Below are positions 47,901-61,950 of a DNA stretch of 64,000 nt, piece after piece. The notes below the pieces were generated by a model, which saw nothing but the letters and a program-made list of their open reading frames with translations, was not told the DNA's origin and did not search any database. Source of the DNA: a virus (Duplodnaviria > Heunggongvirae > Uroviricota > Caudoviricetes); the IMG/VR virus record IMGVR_UViG_3300001528_000192, positions 64,001-128,000 of that record. The stretch is one strand, 5' to 3'. The number at the start of each line of letters is the position of its first letter. The first letter of the stretch is position 1. A program made the translations under genes and the position numbers.

Positions 47901-50900
47901 TATAAAGATTTACATTATAGGCAGATCAAGGGAAAGAAACTCGCTTTCAATGAACTACTTTATGAGTTTGCTACAAATCTATATAATCCAAATGATTCAA
48001 CTAGACTAAATTAGAGATTGGCTTTGGAGAAGAGACGGTTCTTAAAGAATCTATTAGAGAAATAGTTCTCAATTCCTGCTGATGATTAGATGAAGTCTGT
48101 AATGAAACAAACCTTTGGGTTAAATACTAAGTAGTGGATTAAGAAAATAGGAAATGAGGAGTATGTAATTCTTGCTAAATCTGGAAATGAAGACATTCTA
48201 TATGGAAGTGTGGATGACAATGCAGAGATTACACTAAATCCAATGCTTAATGCATATTTCTTAATTGATAATCTTATAGGAAATAACCTTAGGTTTAGTA
48301 CAACTGGTTCAGAAATTAATCATAAGATTAAGGCTTTAGCCAAGCTAGATTTAAAGAAGAAAATAAAAAATGAAAATCTGAATAAGAGAAATATTCTTCT
48401 TCTAAATCCTGACTATGATCAAGGAGTTCTTACATTCTATGATCTCAAGAAGATGATTGACAATGGTAAGGAGCTTATAGCCAACGGAGCAAAAACAGAA
48501 GGAGTTCCTCTTGAGAGTACTATTGCCGACTTAGAGGCAGCCTATGATGACTAGATCTATGCAATGGAGAACTTAGGTTAGAATGCCTAGTTCAAACGTA
48601 ACGTAATCATGTCTGCTACTATGACTAAAATGGTTCCTAGTCTAGAGGGTATATGTGAAAGAATGAACATTGCTTGTATTTCCGATGTTCCTGCTGATGT
48701 GTTCAACTTTAGCGGAAAATCAGATGCAGTTGATGCACATGATGGTAGTGCCTAGCTGAGCCCATTCTGGTCCATACTTGAGAATAAATCTCTAGGTCCA
48801 AATGAAGTTGGAACTGTAAAGAAACCTATCCAGCACTTCTATGACGATAGATATATGACAGCAACTTTATTAAAGTATGCAACTGATACTATTACTAACC
48901 AGTGGATGAGATAGTCAGTTGGAAATGACTTAAATGGAACTAAGCATGCTATCAATTTACATAATATCTTCAGAAAGATGCATAGTAAGAGATGGCATGT
49001 AGTTGATGCATAGGGAAAGTCGATAGAGGGAGCTTGGAATGACGGAGAAATTGATTTGATTAAAGGCTGCGGATATAAAGCTGACCATGAAATATCCTTT
49101 GCGGACGATATTATGGAGCAAAACTTATATCCTAATAACTAGTTGTATTATAATAGAGCTGGAAACCATATAAAGATTACTGATTTCGGAAGAGAGAAAG
49201 GTGTGTATTACACAGTAGAATAGGCAGTAGACTAGGGAAATCAACCTATAGGAGAAGAGTAGAGAGTTTATCACTATTTTGATAATGCTGGAAATCACAT
49301 TCCTTCAGAATCTATTTTAGAAAATACTCCTTATCACACAGTTGACTCTCTCTTTGAGCTACATACAGCTTTAGGTGGTATATGGTCTGAATAGTACAAT
49401 GGAGAAAACTTCGTATATTCAGAGGGGTCTAATATAGCAGTAACTAATTACATAAATCATGTTGCTACTTTAAAAGAGGGAGCAGACCCAAAAGACTTAA
49501 GCATTAAGAGTTATGACTAGCCATTAAAGAGAGCTATGATTCACGTGCTTGCTAATAATTCAGCTGTTAAAAATGGAGTTGGAAATATCAATCCTACTTC
49601 ATCATGGTATGACAACACAGAATTTTCATACATGACAATCGGCTCTGATACCTATGGTATACAGCAAGACTCCGACCACACGGCTGATGAAGCTCATATG
49701 ACTGAGTTCTCTCAGGTTATAAGTTCTTTGGATGCAGGTGGATATTTACATGACTATGTTACTCAAATATATCAATAGCTGGGGTAGACAGCTTTAGATC
49801 TATCTAAGGTAGAGTTAGATGCAGTTGCCTAGTTTAGGGAGTCGGGAAATATGTCTGCTATATACGACGTAATTGGCAGAACTATTATGGCTAATATTAA
49901 ATCTGGAAGTGGAGAAATTGGATTGGCAGAAGCTATTATAAATAATATCAAGTCCAAGTTTAATTTAAATACTGATCATTCCCTTGATAAATTAAAGATT
50001 CCTTTTAGTGATCCTAACATATATAGTAGTATTCTTTCTACCTTTGTATCTAATATAAATAAGAAATCTATTAAACGTCAGTATCCTGGTCTTGGTACTG
50101 TAATGGTTCCTTCTTATAACATGTCAATGATATATGACATAAATGGGATGACCTACCAATTTGAAGACTTAGTAAAGGAAGCTGCTGAGAAGGGGTTCAC
50201 TTCAACTGAGTTAGATAATACTAAAGCGAAGTAGGACATTGTAAAATAGTATTTGTCTACTGTATAGCAGGGTATGCCTGTATACGAGGACGGATAGTCT
50301 TTCATTCCTACTGAAAATGTATTGGTAACATTAGAAGGAACTAATGCATTAGGACAAACTGGAACATTCCAGGAGCACATTTCATTAAATGAGATTCACG
50401 ACTATTATAACTTCCAAGATAATCCGCAAGAATACCTTTAGAAGAAAGGTTATTCGAACATTTCCAGTATGAAGTTCCAAAAAGACGTTACAGTACCTAG
50501 AAATCTGGCTCCAGTTAGAATTACTTGGGATTATGTAGATGCTCTTGGAGTTCAACATCATACTAATATCTTTAATCATTGGAGAGTAAAGGGTCAGATT
50601 TAGGAACTTGCTAAAATTGGTGACATGAACATATCTGGAGATGAAAAGAAAAGACTATCTGCAGAAGCTGTTAAAAAGTGGGATGTCGACAAAGCTTTCC
50701 ATGATATTAAAAAGGGAATATATGAAATAGCACAGGGAGCCGAGCCAGTAAAGATTTCTAATCTGAAAAATGAGGCAGCAGAGATTATTATGTCTAACCT
50801 ATATGCCTCAAAATTTGGAATTAAAGCGGGAGACTCTTTAGTAGATGTATTAAAGAAAGGAAAGTCTTATTTCTCAACTCCTACAGTATCAGTTGAATCA

Positions 50901-53900
50901 GATAACTATGACTTAGTATTTACTAAGGGAAATGGTAATCACACATTTATTACCTTTAAACCACTTCAGAAGAACAGTGATAACTGTATGTCCTTCTATA
51001 GAGCTTGGGATAATATAAACAAGAGAAAATATTAGAGGGAATACGAAGTGTCAGAAAATTCTCCAACTGTAGTAAATAGAATATATGCTATAACTGGAGA
51101 TAATGTACGCCTGTTTGAAATAGGTAGAGAGATAGTAAGAGACGATATTGTATGGGATAGCAAGAAAGAAGCCTTCGTTAAAGGAGGTAAAAAGGTTAGA
51201 AACTAGAATACCTATAGAAGAGATGGAGATAGAGTACTTCAATATATAGAATTTGTATCTAAGCACAGAGTTAATGAAACAGCAGAGGATGGATCAATAA
51301 TGTCCTATGATCTTTATAATATTAATAGAAGTGCTATAAAGCAGTGTTTAGAGTAGAAATAGTACTCTGATGCTGAGCTTACATACACTAATGCAGAAGG
51401 ACACACTTCTAAATTAACTCCAGAACAGAAATTTGATTAGGAAGTTAACTAGTATATTAGCCGACTTCTTGGAAATATTTATAAATCTGATGAATATGGA
51501 GGAATATAGCTAAATAAGTCTCTCTCATTTGGATCTGGAAAAGTTCTCCAAGAAACCTTATATAATTTTAGCAAAGAGATAGATTATGATTAGGACTTAT
51601 CAGAATATGTAGTATCTTTGCATAAGATAATGCAAGCTGCAAACCCAAATAAAAATGATAATAATCGCTTTAAGATTGCAGGTATTAAACTTAAAAAAGC
51701 CTTGGCTGCATTTGATGCAAGGAATTAGAATAAGCAATATACTTCTTTCCAAAAAGCATAGAGCTTTACAGTTGCCCGTATTCCAGCTCAAACACTACAA
51801 TCATTCATGAAGATGAAAAATGTAGGATTTACTGGAACAGAAACTGGACAATGCTTTGTAACTGCATGGTAGACATGGTTACAAGGATCCGATTACGATA
51901 TAGATAAGGCATATGTCATGGGTTTGTGCTTTGATACTAATGGTAAATATATTGGGTGGAGTAACCTATTTGATTATTCTACAGATGAAACACTAGCTGC
52001 TTCTGAATACTTGCCTATGCCTTAGAAAGTAAGACATACAGTGATAAATGATGCAGCGACTGCTAGAACTAACCTTGCAAAGTAGCTAACTGAGACTACT
52101 GATGAAAATAGGAAGGCTGTAATAGAAAATAGATTGAGGCAACTTGATCACATAGTTGATTTAGATCCTTGGATTGAAAGGATTAGTAATGAACCCAACT
52201 AGGCTGCTAAAATCTTGTTGTATGCAGACTTGATAAATGAAATTAATAAAGAAGCTTATTAGGACGGAGACAGCAAAACTGTCAATATATCTTATACTAA
52301 TCCTTCTGGATTAGAAGTAGTGAAGAATCTTAATAAGCATGAATTTACTTAGATTCCTCCTAACTTATCCCAGGATGTAAGTAAAAACTTTATCTCCTCT
52401 CACATCCAGAACACTGTTTAGGACTTGGTTAATATGACTAGAGCATATTCTCCTATTGAGATGGAAGACTTCCGTGCTGCATCTGGATACAGTCCAAAAT
52501 AGAAGGCAGCTTCAGAAATGACTCTTTTAAATCCTGCAACTAAGTACCTTATGCAATATTCTAATATGACTGGTAAGAATGTCATTGGTATTGCTGCTAA
52601 TGGTGAGAAATCCTCATTCATGTGGCACTATTACTTAAATGATCTAATTAGGCATGGGAATGCAGAGAAGAGAAAATATGGTCATTTCTAGTTTACAACA
52701 AACAGGATTATAGGTAGAGCAAAGGGAAATATCTAGTCTGGAACAATAACAGGTCTTCCAGATCTAAATATGGACGGAGTTGCTCCTAATATTTAGGCAG
52801 AATTTGGATCTAGAATTACTGGAAACCTTTATGTTGACTTGATGATTAGTCAGGTTTTATCAGCTGCAACTGATAATGCTAAGGAGTTAATCCTTGCTAA
52901 GGTGAATGCAGGTAATAAACTAGCAAAAATGTATCTGTTCCTTATTACAGTAGGTATGAACATTGATGATATTGTTACGTTCATGACCTCACCTGTAGCC
53001 TCATTTATAGATTCTATTACAGAAGAGAACATCTTTGGAGGACCTACAGTTGATATAAACACTGCAATATCATTTGCTAGGGGTCAATTTATGACTAATG
53101 GCAAAATAAATCCTAAGATGGAAGCTAGGTATGGAGCATTGAAGATGCTCTAGATAAAGGAAGCATATGAGAAGGCAGGATTAGGAAATCCAGAGAATAT
53201 TGAAAGTGTTGTTGCTGATTGTGATGAGTTTTAGAATGTACTTGAAGGAGCTAATGAATTTAGTAACTTTGGTAGATTCCTGGGACTTAATCAAGGTCTT
53301 CCTACATCTAAAGTCGATCTATAGAAACTCACTTCATTTATTCAAAGTATCCTCTCTTAGAGAGTAGAAGCAACTTTAGGAGACACTAAGGTATCATCAG
53401 AACTAAAGGAGTAGCTAAAAGATATTGCACCAATGGATGTCTTGAAATGGTTAAAGGATGCTAACTATCGTCAGTAGATCGCTGATGAATATGACTAGGT
53501 AAAGAAATGTATTAACATATTTGATGCCTTTACTCATATTTAGCAATTTGATGCTATTAGAGATATTCTCTCCACAGTTATTGACATTGATAGCAATCTC
53601 TCTTTTAAATCCAAAGCATTCAATGCTGTATTTAATTAGGCAAAGAGTACTTACAGGTATATATCTGAGAAGTATCAGAAGAGAATGTTAGGAGGAATAG
53701 ATGCTGCAATAATATCCAACTTTATTTAGAGCTAGAATATTAGCATTCCAGTAATGGCTGGAACTAAGTACTTGCAGGCAGATGCTTCAACCGGGACATT
53801 CAAAGAAAATGGACAGCTATATTTGGATAATAGAGCTTCTATTGCATCCTTTAAGTATATCTTTGAGAACGTAATTATTCCTAAATTAAAGTAGGGAATT

Positions 53901-54713
53901 GTAATTGAAGCAGATGCAGAAGGTAATATCTCCGAGAAAAAGTATGCTGATTTAGCTAACAATCCATTTATATCTGGACTCTTAAGAAGTAGTGAATAGA
54001 AGGTTCCCCTTTATAAGGTGGGACTAAATATGATGACTATCAAAGATAGTACAGAATCATAGAAGAAATATCAAGCATATTCATCTGGGTTATAGGCTCT
54101 ATCTAAATATAAGATGGGAAATCAGGCTCTATCTGATTTGTTTATGCTCTATAATCTAATTGTAAACAAGAATCAGTATGGTGCAAGTAGATTAACTACT
54201 CTATTTGATGCGTTCATAAGTAAGAATCAGTAGATGAGACTTCTATCTAAGTACTTTGATTACCTTGGAAAGGTAGACTACTATGGAGTTCCTAGACTAG
54301 ATACTGACTCCGAATTTGATTCCTCTAAATATTCTAAAGATGCTCCTATCTTAGGTCTTAGCTACAAAGATATACTAGTGTCAGCAGCATCTAATGTTCG
54401 TTCTACGAAGGGTCAAACAGATCCATATTGTATTCAAATGACAGAAGACGGGCCTGTAATAATGGAAAGAATAGGAACTTCTTATCAACCAATGCAAGGG
54501 TTCCTGAAGAAAGGATAGAGTGAAAGTCAAGATCATTATCTAGAAAGGGTAAATAATGAGAGAAGCTATTTTGTACTAGGTGGTCAATTTTCTGATTACT
54601 TGCAGAATTAGCTGAATACTATACAAGAACTGAAAGATTCAGATAATATTATCTCTTATATAAATAATTTTATAAGGGATGGACTATTAACCGTAAGTAA
54701 AGTTTGCGAATGA
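44958..54713 (+). CDS. Virion DNA-dependent RNA polymerase (crAss-like, single-chain two-barrel), 3251 aa
   Basis: VARIPAQ then QGSDYDIDK (DxDxD at 51891-51905). Upstream beta-like KR and DAHDG (48732) motifs. 11 track fragments share one frame. Confidence 0.88.
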
Positions 54714-57157
54714 GTAAATGTATTATTACAGTTAAAGTCAATGGGGAAGAGCTGAAGTTGAACTTAAATGGTAGTTCTCCTTCAGTCCTCATTGATGAAA
54801 GCTTTATATAGGCACTAAGAGAAGATCCAGAAGCCCTTAATAAAATAGTAGAAGGGATAAGAGCTTAGTCTATAAATAGTGGGCTAAGAAATATAAAATT
54901 AAAGGATTTATAGCAAGAAGGAATATAGGCTAACTGTTCTCTTCAGTATTTAAGAGAAAGTCCAGAGTTTAGTGACATACAGTTTCCAGAAGGAAATGCT
55001 AATGTATTGTTAGTTAATAAGTTATCTATTGGTGGTAAGCCAATATATGGTAGAACCATAAACTCTAATGGAGAAGAAGTATTTATAGTCAAAGGGACTA
55101 AAGAGGATGTCCAGAAGCTTGCAAACTTTCTAAAGATTAGAAATACCATAAGAGATTATGGGTTGAATATATCAGAAGAGTCTCCATACTATTAGGAGCT
55201 AAATGAAATTCTTTAGGAAAGTAAGCAGAAAAACCCAGACATAAGCAGCATTGAGGATATGCTCGTAGACTACGTTTCTAACAAGAAAGCATATTCAGGA
55301 ATCTTTCTCAAAAGCGGAAAGAGTGCTATATAGGTTGCTGAAAGTTTTCTGAGAAACTTAAGGAATTACGATATTCCCAATGATTTTGAAGATCCATTTG
55401 TGACTGATCTTAACTTTAGAAAGTTCTATAAAGGAGATGGTGAGATATTTATTTCCAATTAGGATTTATATAAAATGCTAAAGCAATATCATAAGCCGCT
55501 CCTGGAGAGCCTCGGAATTTCCTCTTAGAAAACATTTAATGAGTTGGGAGCTAAAAAGGTAGATGAGGTTGTAAACTCTATACTGGACTATACAAGCAGT
55601 CAAGAAGGAAATGTTGAGGATGCTAAGCAGACTCTGGATGGCGCAAAGAATGGATACGATGCTATACTGCGATTGGTACTATCAAGTGAGCCAGATTTCA
55701 CCTACTAGTATGACTACAGTAGTAAGAAAGGTATAACTTTAAAGTAGCAATTTACTCCTATATCAGAAAAGTATGGCATCGCCTATGATACTATTTAGAA
55801 CATGGCTACAGAACCTTATAGAGGTTATACAATATATGCAGAAACCCTTCCAAATAAAAAGAAGAGATATTATCTAAGTAGAGGCACTATGGTTGAGTAG
55901 AGCCTTAGTAACTCATATACCTCTAAGAAGGCTGCACAAGCAGCGGTTGATAAAGCATTAGCTAAACAACATCTTAGAAAAAATTCATTAATTGAATTTA
56001 AATTCCGAGATCATTCTGTGAATGAAGATGGAAGTTCTAACTGGGACAACAGTCTTCCAAGTGAATTTGTGAGAAGCTCAACTAACTTTCTCCCAGGACA
56101 GATAATAGAATCTTTAAACATTCCAGTAGATAGAAATACAAACATCAGAGGAGATGAGCAGTTCCTTTTAGGTAAGAATGCATACACTTTATAGAGTTTC
56201 AATAAACTAATATAGTCTTGGAATATTGACGATAATAGCAAAGCTCAAATAGTTTCTGAAATGAATACTCCAGAAAAGGCAGTAACTTATATCTACAAGA
56301 TAAATGAGTTGCTTGGAATGGAGGATAGAACGAATGCTAAGGAATTAGTGAATATAGCGGATAATATAGCTGGAAGCGATTCTAACTATTATTACATAGA
56401 GGATAGGAAATCTCTAGGATCTAATGGTTGGGAATATAAGGTCATTCCTACTGATAAAGACTAGATGTAGGAATATAAGAAGAACCAAACAGCCCCAATT
56501 ACAATGTGGATGTCTGCAATCTTAACTGCTCTCTAGAACTAGTTCAGGGTTCCTATAAATCTTGTTACTTCAGAGGAGGTGTCTAAAGAACTAAAGGGAA
56601 TAGCTGACCCAAATATTGATAAAGCTTTCATTTATAATGGAGAGGTGTATGTGAATACTTCTATTGCCTCAACTAATGACCTTTTACATGAGCATGTCCA
56701 TCTAGTATTGGGAATGTTAAAAAGTAATCCAGAGTTAAGAGGAAACTATGAAAGACTATTAAATTTGGTTTTAAGTACAGATGAAGGAAGGTTCACTCTA
56801 AATAAACTAAAGGATAGATATTCGGGACTCTCCCAGATGGATTTAGCAGAAGAAGTTTTTGCTAAACTCTTCAGTAACTATGTTAGAAGGCATACATCAC
56901 TTCAAACAGACTAGGTATTTAGTGCTTCAGAGGACTAGTTAAAGAAACTAACCAAGTCAGTATTTAACACTAATATTTCAGATGTAAAGGAATTTTATGG
57001 GAAGAGTGTAACGAGTATATTCGGAAAATTTAATAAGGAAGTAGCTCAAATGCTACAATCTCCTGATATAGATTTTGGTTCTACTAAAAACTCTAGAAAA
57101 ATATCTGCATGGATTTCTAAGCAAGTGGCAGATGGTAATATAATAGAAAAATGTTAA
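54710..57157 (+). CDS. Protein with zincin-like metallopeptidase motif, 815 aa
   Basis: DLLHEHVHLVLG (HExxH at 56687-56701) and downstream LAEEVFA. ATGA overlap with the RNAP stop. Confidence 0.8.
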
Positions 57158-57158
57158 T

Positions 57159-60100
57159 ATGAATTATTGTCATTATACTTTAAAAGCAAATGGTCAAGAG
57201 TTTACTTCTTATAGTGAACTCTTAGACTATTTAGACGAAGTTTTTTCTAATAAGAATGAACTTAAGCAACTTGATAAGATAACAGATATAGTTTTCAGTA
57301 GGGCAGATAGGCAAACTTCTCAGCTAAATAAGCTCAATCAGATTAAGGTAGACGGAATTACTATGAGCTAGGCGTCCATGATAGATGGAGAACCTTCCTT
57401 TGATTCATCTAAGTTGAATGTATTAAGCTTCCTTGATATGCCTTAGTGCAACATAGAGGGTAAGCCTCTGGTCACTCCATTTAATACTGATGCATACATA
57501 TAGGAAAGCATAAAGCATTTAGTGGATGACTTAGGAGTAGATCCAGAATCTGCAGAAAAGCAAGTAATGTAGGAGGTAGAACAATGGAAATTCTTGAGAA
57601 ACGATGCTAAGTTCATCCATCTTTTAGGAGATTCTAAAATCCTATTTGAAAGCGATGATGCTAAGTATCAAGACTTAATTGCAGATTCTGTTCCTGATAG
57701 TATGTAGAAAGTTGCAATTTCTTTAAGAGATTAGTTGCACGGAGTCTGGGTTAAAGAGAAGGGAAAGTATCTCAATAGTAAGGCTATCTAGGGATTAAAT
57801 ATTAAGGCTAAACTATAGGGTTTAGATAAGGAAATATTTGGGCATATTGATTGGCTATTTATAGGAGAAGATGGAACTCTTCACATGTATGCATTAAAGA
57901 CAACAACTCAGAGTCCAAGAGAGTGGACTGGTGTGAAAGCAGACAAGTATAAATATCAGCTAGCTTTCTTAAAGTAGATGTTAGCATATAATGGGGTTAA
58001 TGTCAAAAACATCGACCTAAATGTAGTCCCCATAAGAGTTGCATATAATTCTGAGGGAGTAGTTTCTTCCGCTAAAGTATAGGCAACTATATAGTATAGT
58101 ACTAAGAAATCAGGAAATGGTTATTCTATGCATAAATTTGATAAATAGGTAGCCCATTTTATAAAAGACAATTCAATACCTTATCACATATCATCATAGC
58201 CAGTATCTAGAGCTTTATAGGTAAATAAAGCAATATTCCCAACTATAAACCTAAGAAGCGAAGGAATTGGACAATCTGCTAGGGAATGGATTAAATATGC
58301 TCCCTCTATAGACCCAGAAGGCACAGAACCTCTCGTAATTACATAGGTAAATGATATAGACCATGCATATGAGGTAACTATAAAAGGAGAGAAACATAAT
58401 ATTAAATCTAATAAGCCTAAGGAAAGAAACCAAGAAATTCAAGATTTGGTATCTAAGTATATATCAGACTTAGAGGATTCTAAAGGATACTCAACTCAAA
58501 GGCTTAAAGAAGCAATAACTAATAGCTATGATAAAGGATTCATGACCTTTTCTACAGTTCCTGGTTTAAAGAGTATAGCAATTCAATTGGAGGCAGTCCT
58601 AGGTAAATACTTAAATGACTATGTAACTGATGAGAAAACAGGAAAAAGAGAATACACTTGGGAACTTCTTCCAGATTTAATTGACGCAAACATACTTGCG
58701 TTTAGGAATAATGAGGATAACACTCTAGACATAATTACTTTATCTTCCTTTGATTTACGAGCTAAAGCTCCTATTAAACAGGGACGAAATAATATACTCG
58801 GATATTATAAAAGAGACAGTGAGTACATAGACTTAGAGGGAGACTACGGTAATGTAGAAGCAGTAAGAACTATGGAACTTCTGAATGAGATGTTGCCGTA
58901 GTTAGGTGATAATGTGAAACTCGGAACTCTTGGAATATTAAGTTCCATAAATGGAGCAGCCTATAGATCTTATAACATAGGTGAATTTAATAAAAACTAC
59001 TTTTAGAATATAATCACAGTCGTAAATAAGGAAAATGAGGGGTTAAACATTGAGAATAATTTCTCTGTCGCACAATTTACAGATCCTGTAGAGGAAATTC
59101 TAAAAGAATATACTACCATTACAACTGGAAAACCTGAGGCATATGTTAGAGAGTATGATTAGTATGGATTCGATGAACTAAAGGATGCAGATAATGACGT
59201 AGTTTAGAGACATTCTCTAGAAAATATACTGAATAGAATACTAACTCAGTATCCATCATTTTCGGATCCAGAGGAGGTTGAAAAAGCTTTAGCACAGTCT
59301 ACTCAATCCCTTACTAGAAATATGGCAACTCTATATGAATTAACCGCCAGAGCTTACCTAACATTAAGAGGAGAAACCCCAAAGAATAAAAACTCCTTAA
59401 ATGGACTAAATACAACATTCTTTACTGCCCCTACTGTGGATTCTGAAAATATCAGAATAGTTGTAAATAATCTATAGATAACTCATGATACTATTGCAGA
59501 AGAGTTCTTGAAGGAATATGATTCCAGTATTAGAGGTATGTTTGATCAATTCTATAAGAAGCAAGGATATACCTCTGCCCAGAATATGATTATAGGAAAC
59601 TAGGCACAACAATACTCAAATTTCTTTAATCCTGACGATGAGTTGATGTCATTTAAGAATCCTTATGATACTTCTAATGACTTAAAACCTTAGGAAAGAG
59701 AACTCCTGAAGGAGGTGCTATTTAGAATTGATAAAATTAACAAGAATGGAAATTCTAGATTCTATTCCGCAAATGACCCAAAAATTAAGGAATGGATAAA
59801 GAACCATCCGGAATACCTCTGGGTTCCACTAGAGAGAGCTTCTGATGCTACCAAGAGATAGAGTGCTGAAGCTATTTTGGCAGGAATGAAAAATTTCTGC
59901 AAGAAGGTAAAGGACGCATCAACTGCATTTGATGAATTTGTAGAAGGTATTACTGATGAAGAAAGAGATTTGCTTGGAAGAGATTCTGATTCCTTTTACA
60001 GGATGCATCTAAGAAATCCATTTAGTCTCAGTATGCCAACTAGTTAGAGTGGAGTTAATGAAACAATGAAGTCTAGGAAAGCACTACTAGATAAATATGG

Positions 60101-61721
60101 AAAAGGATTCTTTGAAACCAATGTAGAAAATATAATGGTGGACTTCTTAGCTAAGCATATATCTACTACATAGTATAACAAATTGCTTGTAGCCTCTAAA
60201 GCCTTAATGTTAGAGCTTCATCTTACTGGTAATTATAATGGGAATAGAGAAACAGTAAATAAGGAAATTAAGTACATGTAGGACTACCTAAAAACTAATG
60301 TATTCCACACATCAATCATGAGTCCAGCTGAAAAGAAAATAGTAGGAGTTATATCTCCTATTAAAAGAGTAGTTTCTCATATGTTACTTGGAGGAAATAT
60401 AGTATCCGCCTTAAGAGACTCTATAGAGGGAGCTCAGCAAAACTTTATAAGATCTGTAATCAAACTCAATACGGATTTAGATCCAAAGGATATAAGTAAA
60501 GCCTATGCTTATGTATGGACTCATAGCTCTTCCAATGCGATGGCTTAGAACTTGTTAAGTAAGCTGTGCTTAAGATATAGAATATCAAATACTGATGTCG
60601 GGCGTATCGCAGAGAAGGCAAAGACAGGCAGAAATGGAATACTTAATTATGAGAATTGGATGTATAGCACCCTTAGAGGCCCAGATTTTCTAAATAGGAT
60701 GACATTATTTGTTGCTAAATGTATGCATGATGGAGTATGGGATGCTATAAGTCTTGATTCAGATGGAAATCTTAAGTATGATTGGACTAAAGATGCCAGG
60801 TTCAAAGCCTTTAAGTATGGAGTAGTAGGATCTGAGGAATATAAGAAGGCTAAATCTCTATATCTATCTAGAATTAGAGAATATAATTAGGAGCATCCAG
60901 ACAATCCAATAGAAATGACTGATAACCTCCCAGAACCATATTCCAAACGTATGATTAATGCCATTAGAGGTCTAGGTGATAACATATATGGTTCTTACGA
61001 TAAAGGTAAGAGAGCTATGGAGGAAAATGCTAGTTACGGCTTCCTGTTTGGTAGTTTCTCTACTTGGATGAATGGAATTATCAATAATTACTTCATGCCA
61101 ACTTAGAAGAACGGAGTATCTTCCTTAAAGCTAGAATAGGAAATAGATGATAAAGGTAATAAGCTATTCTTTGATGAGCATGGCAACATAACTAATGAAG
61201 ATACAGGAATGCCTGTGTACAAAAATGTTCCTATTATAGTTTAGGGAATCCTTCCAACAATTAGTGATTTAATTAACATTACAAAGGAAGACGGACTAAA
61301 GGCGGCAGTTGCCTATGTAAAGGGAAACAATATGGTGAAGGCAAACGTATTTAAGCTTACTTCTGATGCTCTGATGTTTGCCTTACTTGGATCACTATTT
61401 GGTCTGCTCTTAACTCCTGCCTATAAAGAGCACAAAAAGGCCGCTGCAGACAATCCTGTACTAGTAAATCTTCTCACAGAGATACTATATAAATCGTCTT
61501 CTAGGTCTTATGATTAGTATAAGGGACCTCTAAATGTTATATAGTTCTTTGGAGAGAATATGAATCCTCCATACTATAGTGCACCTGTTAATTTGTTAAA
61601 AGAAGCAGGTCAATCAATATTTGGAGATAAATCTTGGAAGTATTTGTTATTTGACAATACAGGTTTAACCAGATCTATTAAGGATACTGGATTTGCCTAT
61701 ATTAAATCTCAACAATAGTAA
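57159..61721 (+). CDS. Large virion-associated protein with PD-(D/E)xK-like domain, 1520 aa
   Basis: FGHIDWL...YALKT...KYKYQLAFLK(Q)ML. Six track fragments in one frame. Ends TAG-TAA. Confidence 0.8.
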
Positions 61722-61729
61722 AAAAAAAA

Positions 61730-61753
61730 GCTCCACTGTTTTAACAGTAGAGC
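61730..61753. terminator. Hairpin preceded by an A tract and followed by AATTTTT (possible bidirectional terminator)
   Basis: GCTC-C-ACTGTT...AACAGT-A-GAGC. Confidence 0.5.
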
Positions 61754-61767
61754 AATTTTAAGAATCT

Positions 61768-61950
61768 ATGACTTACAGTGAAATAACTGAAATCGCAAAA
61801 CATGGAAAGTTAGGTAAACTACCTAACTTTATAGGGTATTTTAAGTGGGACTTTGGATCTAATTCTCTCATATTCTATAATGGAGATTATAGATGTCCTG
61901 CAGAATCTCTAGATGTACTAAATAGAAACGATTTTTACTATATAATATGA
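61768..61950 (+). CDS. Small hypothetical protein, 60 aa
   Basis: ORF track. TGA overlaps the next ATG (ATGA). Confidence 0.65.
   Translation: MTYSEITEIAKHGKLGKLPNFIGYFKWDFGSNSLIFYNGDYRCPAESLDVLNRNDFYYII

Noticed and set aside
6654-54713. TGA read-through as a second reassignment
   Set aside because: TGA at 5437, 6654, 10840, 16485, 18970, 36096 and 54711 coincides with gene ends, terminators or next-gene starts.
1699-58442. Minus-strand ORFs of 60-123 aa in the track (e.g. 1699, 5154, 21167, 39184, 42319)
   Set aside because: All lie antisense to long + strand genes, show no recognisable motifs, and are expected because TAG-rich genes do not constrain the reverse frames.
3042-61721. Many short same-frame ORFs read as separate genes or as a decayed, pseudogenised prophage
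   Set aside because: All interruptions are TAG, never TAA/TGA or frameshifts. They fall on conserved Gln sites, and read-through restores coupled gene boundaries.
18969-61721. Self-splicing introns or inteins in the giant genes
   Set aside because: Frames I read are continuous under code 15 and I saw no homing-endonuclease or intein-terminal motifs. A small intein cannot be excluded without an HMM scan.
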